Positions 40,424 to 51,500 of a stretch of DNA of 64,000 nt are shown piece by piece; within the stretch, counting starts at the first letter, position 1, and every line of letters starts with the position of its first letter. The notes beneath the pieces were generated by a model. It saw only the letters and a program-made list of their open reading frames with translations, had not been told where the DNA came from and made no database searches. The DNA comes from Macrostomum lignano (lineage: Eukaryota), in assembly GCA_002269645.1 (NCBI GenBank), contig NIVC01000509.1:1-64000 (forward strand), written 5' to 3'. A program made the position numbers and the translations under genes.

Positions 40424-43129
40424 ATGGACGCCGATTTAGCCGACGGCGCCCCGTTGGGCGGCGCAGCGTCTAGCGCTTCGCGTCGGCGCCTAGTGGACGC
40501 CGCAGGCGCCGGTCTGGTGCCAACTAGACTGGCCGAAGCCAGCCGAGCACTGGCCGGCAACACCAGCACGGCCGAGCAGTACGCCTTTGCCGGCTTCGCT
40601 TGCGTCATCGATCGGCACGTTGGCAGCAATTTGAAATCGTCTGCTACCTGTAGAGGCGCTACCAGGCTGCGGTTTGCTAACAACGATTCGGAGAGGCTGG
40701 CAGTCGGCTCGATGGATGGCTCCGTGTCCGTATCGCTGGTGTCCGCGGGTGTCTGTCAGCTGGTCTGTCAGCTGCCTGGACACGTCGGACCCATTGCTAG
40801 TCTAGCCTGGAGCACCGACAACTGTCTGCTGTTGACCGCTTCTCTGGACGGCGCAGCGAGAGTCTGGCAAATTGGCGACGATAAAAATCTTATTGGCGAG
40901 GATGAAGACCAATTAAAGTCCAAGCGATTGCTCCGCCAATTCCCGGTTGCTGAGGGCGATGGTGTTGCGGAGAAACTGCCGGCTATCAATGCTGCCGAAT
41001 TTGCCCCGTCTAATAATAATCTGTTTGTGCTTGGCGGCTGCTGCTCTAGCCATGCGAAAGGTGCGTGCGCTGTTGCAATTGTTTAGGGCCGGCACCCGTC
41101 CTGAATTTGGGAAAAAAGTTAATCATTTAGAAAATGGAATTTCAGAATTTAAGAAATGGGATTTCAGAATTTCAGAAATGGGATTTCAGAATTTAAAAAA
41201 TGGGATTTCAGAATTCAAGAAATGGGATTTCAGAATTTAGGGAATGGGATTTCATAATTCAACAAATGGGATTTCAGAATTCAAGAAATGGGATTTCAGA
41301 ATTTAGGGAATAGGATTTCAGAATGTAAGAAATGGGATTTCAGAATTTCAGAAATGGGATTTCAGAATTTAAGAAATGGGATTTCAGAATTCAAGAAATG
41401 GGATTTCAGAATTTAGGGAATGGGATTTCATAATTCAACAAATGGGATTTCAGAATTTAGGGAATAGGATTTCAGAATGTAAGAAATGGGATTTCAGAAT
41501 TTAAGAAATGGGATTTCAGAATTCAAGAAATGGGATTTCAGAATTTAAGAAATGGATTTCATAATTCAACAAATGGGATTTCAGAATTCAAGAAATGGGA
41601 TTTCAGAATTTAGGGAATGGGATTTCATAATTCAACAAATGGGATTTCAGAATTTAGAAAGTTCTGGAACAGGCAGCATTTACTTTTACTTCTAATTGCG
41701 TACAACTCAACCCCAATTTGCAGGCCAACTCCGCAGCGTCAACCTGAGCACCGGACTCTGTCAGTCCTCTCTGCGTCTCTCCGCCCCCGTCACCTGCCTG
41801 GCATTCGGCTGCGAGTCCGTCTCCGATCCTGGCGGCCAGCTGTGGCTCGGCGACTCAAACGGCTGCCTGCAGCGCTGCCATCTCGACCAGGCCAGCGGCC
41901 AGTTGACTCGCATCGCCGCCTACTCCTGCTGCTTCGGCGGCGATGGTGGCTCTCCTAACAGCGGATTGACTTTACAGCCTGCTATCGCTTCGTTGCAGGT
42001 GAGCTCTTAACCTCCATTGCATTTATCTGACCTCACATGACCCCACGCCTGACCTCAAATGACCCCAAGCTTGACCTCAAATGACCCCAAGCCTGACCTT
42101 AAATGACCCCAAACTTGACCTCAAATGACCCCAAGCTTGACCTCAAATGACCCCAAGCCTGACCTCAATTGATCCCAAGATAAAACAAAGCTTGACCTCA
42201 AATGACCCCAAGCTTGACCTCAATTGACCCAAAATCTGACCACAAATTACCATAAGCCTGAACTCAGATAAACCTTAATGAGCCTAAAATCTGGCCTCAT
42301 TTGGGGCCCTCACGTTTCTCGCAGCCAAGACTCCCAGTGTTGTAGGTTTTAATTTCAGTTCAGACTTACGGGCCGAATTTATTATGGTACTAAAATCCTA
42401 ACTCTCAGAGTAATACAAATCCCAATTCAGGAGATTACAAATCCCAATTCAGGGAATCACAAATCCTAATTTAGAAGATCACAAATCCCAATCCAGGGAT
42501 CACTAATCCCAATCCTGGGATCACAAATCCCAATTCAGGAGATCACAAATCCTAATTTAGAAGATCACAAATCCCAATCCATGGATCACCAATCCCAATT
42601 CAGGGATCACCAATCCCAATTCAGGGATCACCAATCCCAATTCAGGGATCACTAATCCCAAATCGGGGATCACTAACCCCAATTCATAGATCGCATATAA
42701 TCCCCGCAGGCTCGCAGTTGGCTCTCTCGCGAAGCCCGCGATCCCTGCCTACTGGTGTGCACATCCGGCTCCGAGATCTTGCTCTACCGACTAGAAGTCG
42801 AGCAGCCATCAAGCGATCATAGAAACTCTATAGCCGACTCGGCCCGCAATCAGCCAAGCCTACCCGTATTGCGCTGCCGACTGCCTGTTCCCAAGCCGAC
42901 AAGAGCCGCCTTCTGTCCGTTGATGTCGTTTCGTCAGGGCGCCTGCATCGTGTGCGCATCCGAGGACGCCTGCGTCTATATCTGCGACGTTGGACGGCCG
43001 ATTAGGCCTATAGTGAATAAGCTGCAGGGTCACGCCACCGGCGTCACTGATGTGGCCTTCAATTATGATGAATCTTTGCTAGCTAGCGCAGATGCTGATG
43101 GACTGGTAATTGTCTGGCGTAGGGCGTAG
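40424..43129 (+). CDS. WDR13: WD repeat protein WDR13-like; exons 40424-41060, 41724-41998, 42710-43129 (N-terminal exons probably upstream)
   Basis: EASRALAGNTSTAEQYAFAG, LRFANND, ARSWLSREARDP and FCPLMSFRQGACIV...NKLQGH...FNYDESLLASAD...VIVWRR are characteristic of WDR13. In-phase GT-AG junctions. Confidence 0.92.
41130..41660. repeat. 21-bp minisatellite (AAATGGGATTTCAGAATTTAAG-type) in a WDR13 intron
   Basis: About 25 tandem units. Confidence 0.95.
42025..42695. repeat. Two adjacent 20-21-bp minisatellites in a WDR13 intron (GACCTCAAATGACCCCAAGC(C/T)T at 42030-42260; AATCCCAATTCAGGGATCAC at 42410-42690)
   Basis: Tandem units directly visible. Confidence 0.9.
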
Positions 43130-43294
43130 CAGTTTTTCTTGTTTTTGAAACACACTTCCGATATGTATCGAAAATAAGTTACAATGCACTTTAAGTAGCT
43201 GCTGATTTGTATAGGCCTTTCCAAAACGTAACTGCAGCTCTTACTTTAACGGTGTGTTTAAATTTCATGTGGTTCTTTACGATTAACTGGTTTT

Positions 43295-43640
43295 CTTGCT
43301 GCCGATATGTATCGAAAGAAGTTGTTAGTTCGTCGTACTGGTTTAACCTTCAATATGTATCGAAAGAAGCTTTGTTAGTTAATCAAACTGATTTAACTGC
43401 CGATATGTATCGAAAGAAGCTTCGTTAGTTAATCAAACTGATTTAACTGCCGATATGTATTGAAATAAGATTTTTGAGTTAATTGAACTGATTTAACAGC
43501 CGATATGTATCGAAAGAAGCTTTGTTAGTTGGTCGTACTGAGTTAACTGCCGATATAAGCCTTAAGTGTACTCGTAGCTTTAGAACTGATAGTTTAGTTT
43601 TTCTGGGACTAATTTTACTGCCGATATGTATCGACAGTAG
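43295..43640. repeat. About 50-bp tandem repeat (ACTGCCGATATGTATCGAAAGAAGCTTTGTTAGTT...) downstream of WDR13
   Basis: About six diverged units, with an outlying unit near 43160. Confidence 0.85.
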
Positions 43641-45700
43641 CTTATTTGTTGCTAAAGTTCTTTAATTAATTACGAGAATTTACCGCTCCTGTGTCCGCAA
43701 AGCCTGGTCAGATTTACACAAGCATAAAATATACAGCCTGAAACTTTTTAAATACCGCTATATACTACTGAACATAGAATAGTAGAACAATGTAGTTGCA
43801 TATCTATTTTAGTCAATAATTTCATATCAAGATACATTAAACTACAAGTCAAATTATTTGTAAAGTTCCTGTCTTTTCCGTGTAGTAAATTTTTTGTGAT
43901 ATTAAATTGATTCATCATTTTGGAATAACATTTCAAACATTGTTTCATACTATTCAGTTAGTATTGATCATAAATCATATCACTTATTACTGACCAAGGT
44001 ATTTTATTACCTGTGACTGAAACTGTTTTTAAGTTGCTATTGCTAGCAGACAAATTTACTTTGCTTTGCTCACATTTCTCTTGACACTTGGCTATTAATT
44101 TGCTTGCTTTTTTGTTTTTTTTTGTTTTTTTGCACCATTTTCCAGGTTATCCTAAGTCTTCAATGATTTACGAGCCGTATTAACCATTCCTTTAATTCGA
44201 AGTTGCCTGTAATATAAGTTACTGCTGTGTTATTACTATTACTATAATATAGTTATTCATTACATATATTGCAGCCATTCCAAACGAGCCATTTTTATTT
44301 AAAAATTTGACACACTTTGCAGTCTTCGAAAGTATGTATATACTACTTGCTGCTATTTTATCAGTTAGTAGTATATATATCTACACATTATTGCTTATGC
44401 AGATAGCTCAAAATAATAATATATTGTATAATGATTAGTTAATTGGATTGTATGAATTATTATCATACAAAAATATTGTATTCTAAGTCATCAGTAACTC
44501 TTCCCAAATCATCCCTCTGGCCACTGTGGTGCGAAACAGGCGTGGCCTTTCTAAATAATTGCATAACAGATGAAATTATAATTATGATGACCTAGCGGTG
44601 ACCTTGCTGCATATGGGGATTATGCGATCATTGTGCGTTGACTCGTGTGTATTATCATTTGCCCTGTGGCTAAATAATTACGCTGATTACTGTGACAACA
44701 TCCTCAATAATTTATTGTAGTGGTTAGTAGTTTGCTCAGGTAGGCTTTGGGCCACTCTAGCTAATCAAGGTGAAAGTCGATGGCCATACATATCTCACAG
44801 GGTGCACAGCCCATGGTCCAATTGACATATCCATGTAGATTTGCGAAACAAAATGAAATGGAAATACAAGTATTAACAGAATAAATCAGATCGAAGAGTT
44901 CTATGCCAAATATCAACTAAATCAAACTACTATCCATTTTTTTAAACAGTTTTAATTGAAAACTACGACAACATACTCAACAACGTTAAAAAGTCGCCAC
45001 CTTTGAGAGTGCGCAGTAAACTCAAGCTCAGTATTGACTTTTGAGTGACGCAACTCGCGCCACGCGACTCAGAGTTGGGCTGGGTGAGGAGGGATTGGGA
45101 AGAGCGGAGGGCAAGTATTGGATGGATTGAAGTTTCATTGTTTTTTCAAGCATTTTTTATGTCAAAATGGTTGGCCAGGTGGTAGACGCTGGTCGAAAAA
45201 CACACTGCTCACTGGGGCAAAGGGTGGCCACTTTTCAATGTTGCTAAATTTAGACTATGAAATGCAGTTCAGATAGATCCTGCGAAAGATTTCTCAAATT
45301 TGAATTTCTCAAACAGTGAAAAATAGGTTTTAAGTGCCAGAAAGTGCTTCCTCAGTTTGGGGGTCATATTTGCACTGCTGAATCTGTGCAAATAAAATGC
45401 ACTCCAGACACTGATTGAAGGGGTTGGTGACGTACTCGTGTGCTGCTGTTTGTTGGTTAGGCACTTCAAACCTGTTTAAACCCTATTGTCGCCTATGGGT
45501 CTCTGCCTTTTATTTGTCATTTCCAAATTTATTGTATTGTTATATCCTCAATAGCAAACAACGGCTTGCTTCTGAGAATTGTCTCTCAACCAATAGGAAA
45601 CCGTCGGCAGAAACATGTTTATATATATAGACAATGATGCGCTGGCCGACAACCCAACAATTCAATTGAAGCAGGCCATTTTACCAACCAATATTGCAAA

Positions 45701-46654
45701 ATGCAGCTAAAAGATGCGTTTCGCATCGCGCTGACGGCGGCGCTGTCGTTGGCGCTGCTCTTCGACGCGCTGTTCCTCGCGTTCAGCTTTCGCACCAAGA
45801 TCGGCACCAGACTGTGCACTCTGCTGTTGCGCAGTCAGACTGTCATTGACTGCTCCCTGATGCTGGTCAATCTGGTTGCTATCCAGTACTTTCCGCTGCT
45901 GCCGCCGCCGTCGCAGAGCCTCCCAGACTGGCTGTGGCTGCTCTACTGCAAGCTCATCAGGAGTCAGGCTTTGCACTTTTCCCTGGTCAGCATGAGCGTC
46001 TACAACCTCGTGTGCATCTCCATCGAGCGGTGCTGCTGCCTGTGCGCTCCGTTCTGGTACCGACGGCGCAAGTCGCAGCTGCTTTGGGCCTTCATCGTTC
46101 TTGTGCTCGCCTCGCCTTCATTCGTTGAGTTTCCGTTCTGCTGGATTGTGACATCATTCGACAAGACCCCGATTGAGAACGGAACCATCGTCGAGAAGTC
46201 GTGCGAGGTGATCTACTCACAGCACGACCCGATGATGCTGAAGGCATTCGGCATCGCCTACGTGTTCCTGTTCTGGGCGCTGCCGTCAGTGCTGTCGGTG
46301 GTTCTCTACCTGCTCATTGTGCGCGTCCTTCGTCAGTCGTCCGCGCTGAGAGCCGCCTCGTCCGCAGCTGCCCCGCCGTCCGACACCAAGAAGCTGAGCG
46401 ATCGCGGAACCCGGAGACTGACGCTGATGACGGGAGTGACGAGCGCCGCTTTCGTCCTGCTGTTCGGCATGGACTCGGTGAACTACTTCCTGCTGTGCAT
46501 CGGGTTTCCCGTCGAGAAAAACGGCTTCATCGACAGTTTGGACTCGTTCCTGCTGAACCTGAACAGCGCCATCAACCCTCTGGTTTACCTCGCGTTCATG
46601 CCGGAGTTTCGCAGCTTCATCGCCTGCTCAGGGGCCAGGAGAACTCCAAATTGA
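45701..46654 (+). CDS. Intronless class A (rhodopsin-like) 7TM GPCR, copy A
   Basis: Seven hydrophobic segments, SIERC at the DRY position, NSAINPLVY (NPxxY). Confidence 0.88.
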   Translation: MQLKDAFRIALTAALSLALLFDALFLAFSFRTKIGTRLCTLLLRSQTVIDCSLMLVNLVAIQYFPLLPPPSQSLPDWLWLLYCKLIRSQALHFSLVSMSVYNLVCISIERCCCLCAPFWYRRRKSQLLWAFIVLVLASPSFVEFPFCWIVTSFDKTPIENGTIVEKSCEVIYSQHDPMMLKAFGIAYVFLFWALPSVLSVVLYLLIVRVLRQSSALRAASSAAAPPSDTKKLSDRGTRRLTLMTGVTSAAFVLLFGMDSVNYFLLCIGFPVEKNGFIDSLDSFLLNLNSAINPLVYLAFMPEFRSFIACSGARRTPN

Positions 46655-46994
46655 GACGCAATTAACCCAAACGAACCTGTTGGAGACTTCGTGCTCGGAC
46701 GGGACAAAATTTCTCTGGACGGGACGTGGATTGAAGTTTACTTGTATCGAAAGGGATCTTAATTGAAATCTTGAACCTTCAGCTCGATAACAATTTTTTT
46801 TATCTTTCCCGCCATCATGGACTGTAACTTTAGAAGCTTGTAGACTGCCTAAAAAGTCTTCTTTTAAATAACCTTTCGACAACACATTTTTGTGTTCAGT
46901 GTCGGAACTCACCATCAGTCGGGATTTGGGATTCCCGTCCGAGACTTGTAAAACATGGAGAACTTCTAACTGGCACGCACTGCGGGTCTACCTA

Positions 46995-47273
46995 TCGTAT
47001 TTTTATTTCTTTTTATTTATCGGCAGCTATTGCGCGGCGCATCTGAAGGCTGCGTACGGCTGTTCAGTCCAAGGACTGGGGGGGGGGGGGGGGTCGCCAC
47101 ACACCCTCAATAACCCCAGCTAATGCTGGCACCCATCTTATAGCTGGGTGAAATGCAGAGTTAAGTGTCTTTCTCAAGGACACAAATTATTCTTGAGCAT
47201 ATCGATCCTAGAAAATCGAACCCCCAACCTTTCAGTCGTGAGTCCGACGCTCTAACCACTAGGCTACAACCCC
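46995..47273 (-). mobile_element. tRNA-derived SINE of a second family
   Basis: Minus-strand head GTAGCCTAGTGGTTAGAGCG (A box) ...GGGGTTCGATT (B box), then a CORE-like GTGTCCTTGAGAAAGACACTTAAC segment and an A-rich tail. Confidence 0.75.
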
Positions 47274-48511
47274 TTCATTGGTGGCACCTTAACCAACTTA
47301 TAGAACCCCGAGAGCGAACAGCTACCATGGCTTGAAGTCTGCAGATTGGAAGATATCAATCCTTGTGGACTATCCAAACAGAGGCCAACACAGCATGCAG
47401 TTCATCATTTTTTCTTTGAGGAACGCAAACACTACTTCGTGACTTACAAATATAAGCATCGCGTGCGAGCGTATGCTTCACATTTGTCCTGCTTATCTTA
47501 ACATTCCCCTCAGGACGCAACTTGTCAAATATCAGTATGTAAAGTTTACTATAAACCTTACCGTCTACTTTGCTGTTTTTCGTACATAGGACAAAATCCC
47601 GTTTGTTTTAGAAGTGTAGGAAGTTTACTTAAGGTGAACAAACGAGTGAAATTTATCGATGGTGTTTGCCCAGGCATTGGACTCTAACTAGAACAGTGGA
47701 TTATTATTGATTAATGAATTCGCTATGCTTTTGGGTCGGCTCACATACGTTCCAGTTTCATTGTTTGCTTTGCATCCAACCTCAATGTTGGTTGCTATTG
47801 CCCAATGCAGTTAGAAATCGTTTTCTTGTGATGTTACACTCGGCAGCATTTTAAAGTTTCCAACCCTAACTGACACCATTCACAATACGCCCGGGGTTCT
47901 CGTCTCAACTGTGGGTGACGATGCAATGACGCGTCACAAGGCACCAGCTGAAGAGAGAGTGGAGTTGTGGATAGAGTTGGATTAAAGCTGTCACTGGTTT
48001 CGGGAAACTTTATCATGCTACGAAGTGTATGCATATGTCAGTTAAAAGGTTAAACCATCGGCAAAAGGTTAAAAGTATACTCAGTAACATTGAAAAATCG
48101 CCACCCTAGAGCATTGGCAGAGAGATTGACTTCATTCACTACACTGCAAATGACCCCGACCCATGAATGCTTTAACTAAATTAGTTTTAAGCCACAGAAA
48201 AGCATGGACAACTGAGCATTTAATTATGCAAATGATAGCTACGTAAAACGAATTATGAATAAAATACAACTTGTGAAGCTGACACAGCGGCTCTCGCATC
48301 CGACACTTGTCTATGGCCTCAAGTCCGAGGTGGCTCGCACTGTACCCTAACGGATCTTCAGAATTTTAGGTTGCTTAAGACTGACTAACTCAACTGACTC
48401 AAAGCTGGGAATAAATCACCGTTGCGCTCTGCATTGCTCAAACAACTTCGATTTCAACAGTTAATTGCATTAGCAGCGACTGCAATTAAAAGTTCTAGCA
48501 TATAGTTCAAA

Positions 48512-51500
48512 ATGCAGAAGAATAAGAAGAAGGATGACAAGGCGACCGAAGGTTTCACCGAGTCCTCGCTGCCCAAGCACTCCGACGGGACGCTACTAAT
48601 GGAGACATTCTACTCCTACCTGCCCAACGGCAAGTACAAAGAGGAGATGGAAAAGTACACCGATTTGGACGTACTATTCGGCAAGCTGAAGTACAATTCA
48701 TTCTTCAATAAAGGCCCGGAGGCGGAGTTCCTGCGCGGGTCCTATGCCGAGAAGAAGCACACCTTTCAGGCGAACCAGTGAGTCTGCGATTCCAATGATG
48801 ATTTTATTCAACTGGAAGAGTTGCTGTAGAAGTAGCCATAATATTTACTTATTATTACAAACATTTATAATAAGTAAATGTTTGTAAGAATAGTTTTGTG
48901 GCCTGCGAACACAATCAGACCCGGGGGTTCGTGGCCGTTAGGCTGTCATTAAATTTATCAGCAATACCCCATTGGTCAAATGACGAGCTGACCCTATTAC
49001 TACTAGCTCTCATGCACCTTAGCATTCGTAATCCATTCATTTAAGATGATCTGCTATAAGCCACTGTAATCATCAAACTGGTTTTCAACAACCATGCAAC
49101 TCTCAGGTTAAAAATCGTCTGGGGCAACGATCCCGAGGAGGACGAGATTAACGCCTACCGGATTATCGTACTGCTAATCCTGGTCCGGTACTCGCTGTTG
49201 CATCACAAATCCTGCGAAGAGGTGCCGGCCCCGGCCTACGTGATGACCGACATTCACGGCCAGTTCAGCGACCTGCTGCGCTGGTTCTTCAAAACCGGCG
49301 GTCCAGAGCAGCACAATTTTAATTTGGTCTGCACTGGCGACATGGTTGACCGAGGTCTCCACCAGCTGGAGACCGTCTGCCTGTTCCTCTACTACAAGCT
49401 CAAGTTCCCAACCAGGGTGTTTGTGCTGCGCGGCAATCACGAGGATTTTGATCTGCACGAGACATACGGATTTTTGCCCGAATGCAACGAGCGCTTTTCT
49501 AGTGAGGCCATGTTCGCTTGATTATTCTCTCTTCAAGTATGGTCTAACACCCGAGAAAGTTTTCCATAATGCCCTTTTCTTGCTTTTTTTTATGGGCATC
49601 TTTTGGACCAACGCTTGTGGTTTTCAAGGTGTCTGGGGTGATTTAGATTTCTTAAAAAATAAAGGGGTCGCTCTGATTACATTACCCGTGTAGTCTTTCC
49701 TAGAAAACTCAGTGATCACGTAGTCTTTCATTGAAAACTCAGAGATTATGTAGTCTTTCCTAGAAAACTCAGAGATTATGTAGTCTTTCCTAGAAAACTC
49801 AGAGATTATGTAGTCTTTCATAGAAAACTCAGAGATTATGTAGTCTTTCATAGAAAACTCGGTGATTATGTAGTCTTTCATAGAAAACTCGGTGATTATG
49901 TAGTCTTTCATAGAAAACTCGGTGATTATGTAGTCTTTCATAGAAAACTCAGTGATTATGCAGTCTTTCATAGAAAACTCGGTGATTATGTAGTCTTTCA
50001 TAGAAAACTCAGAGATTATGTAGTCTTTCATAGAAAACTCAGAGATTATGTAGTCTTTCATAGAAAACTCGGTGATTATGTAGTTTTTCATAGAAAACTC
50101 AGTGATTATGTACTCTTTCATAGAAAACTCAGAGATTATGTAGTCTTTCCTAGAAAACTCAGAGATTATGTAGTCTTTCATAGAAAACTCAGAGATTATG
50201 CAGTCTTTCATAGAAAACTCAGAGATTATGTAGTCTTTCATAGAAAACTCAGAGATTATGTAGTCTTTCATAGAAAACTCAGAGATTATGTAGTCTTTCA
50301 TAGAAAACTCAGAGATTATGTAGTCTTTCCTAGAAAACTCAGAGATAATGTAGTCTTTCATAGAAAACTCGGTGATTATGTAGTCTTTCATAGAAAACTC
50401 AGAGATTATGTAGTCTTTCATAGAAAACTCAGAGATTATGTAGTCTTTCATAGAAAACTCGGTGATTATGTAGTCTTTCATAGAAAACTCAGTGATTATG
50501 TACTCTTTCATAGAAAACTCAGAGATTATGTAGTCTTTCATAGAAAACTCAGAGATTATGTAGTCTTTCATAGAAAACTCGGTGATTATGTAGTCTTTCA
50601 TAGAAAACTCGGTGATTGTGTAGTCTTTCATAGAAAACTCAGTGATTATGTAGTCTTTCATAGAAAACTCGGTGATTATGTAGTCTTTCATAGAAAACTC
50701 AGTGATTATGTAGTCTTTCATAGAAAACTCGGTGATTATGTAGTCTTTCATAGAAAACTCAGAGATTATGTAGTCTTTCATAGAAAACTCAGAGATTATG
50801 TAGTCTTTCATAGAAAACTCAGAGATTATGTAGTCTTTCCTAGAAAACTCAGAGATTATGTAGTCTTTCATAGAAAACTCAGAGATTATGCAGTCTTTCA
50901 TAGAAAACTCAGAGATTATGTAGTCTTTCATAGAAAACTCAGAGATTATGTAGTCTTTCATAGAAAACTCAGAGATTATGTAGTCTTTCATAGAAAACTC
51001 AGAGATTATGTAGTCTTTCCTAGAAAACTCAGAGATAATGTAGTCTTTCATAGAAAACTCGGTGATTATGTAGTCTTTCATAGAAAACTCGGTGATTATG
51101 TAGTCTTTCATAGAAAACTTGGTGATTATGTAGTCTTTCATAGAAAACTCGGTGATTATGTAGTCTTTCATAGAAAACTCAGTGATTATGCAGTCTTTCA
51201 TAGAAAACTCGGTGATTATGTAGTCTTTCATAGAAAACTCGGTGATTGTGTAGTCTTTCATAGAAAACTCAGTGATTATGTAGTCTTTCATAGAAAACTC
51301 GGTGATTATGTAGTCTTTCATAGAAAACTCAGAGATTATGTAGTCTTTCATAGAAAACTCAGAGATTATGTAGTCTTTCATAGAAAACTCAGAGATTATG
51401 TAGTCTTTCCTAGAAAACTCAGAGATAATGTAGTCTTTCATAGAAAACTCGGTGATTATGTAGTCTTTCATAGAAAACTCAGAGATTATGTAGTCTTTCA

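Noticed and set aside
44583-44690. Possible C/D snoRNA (ATGATGA...CTGA)
   Set aside because: Weak terminal stem, intergenic position and no recognisable rRNA guide.
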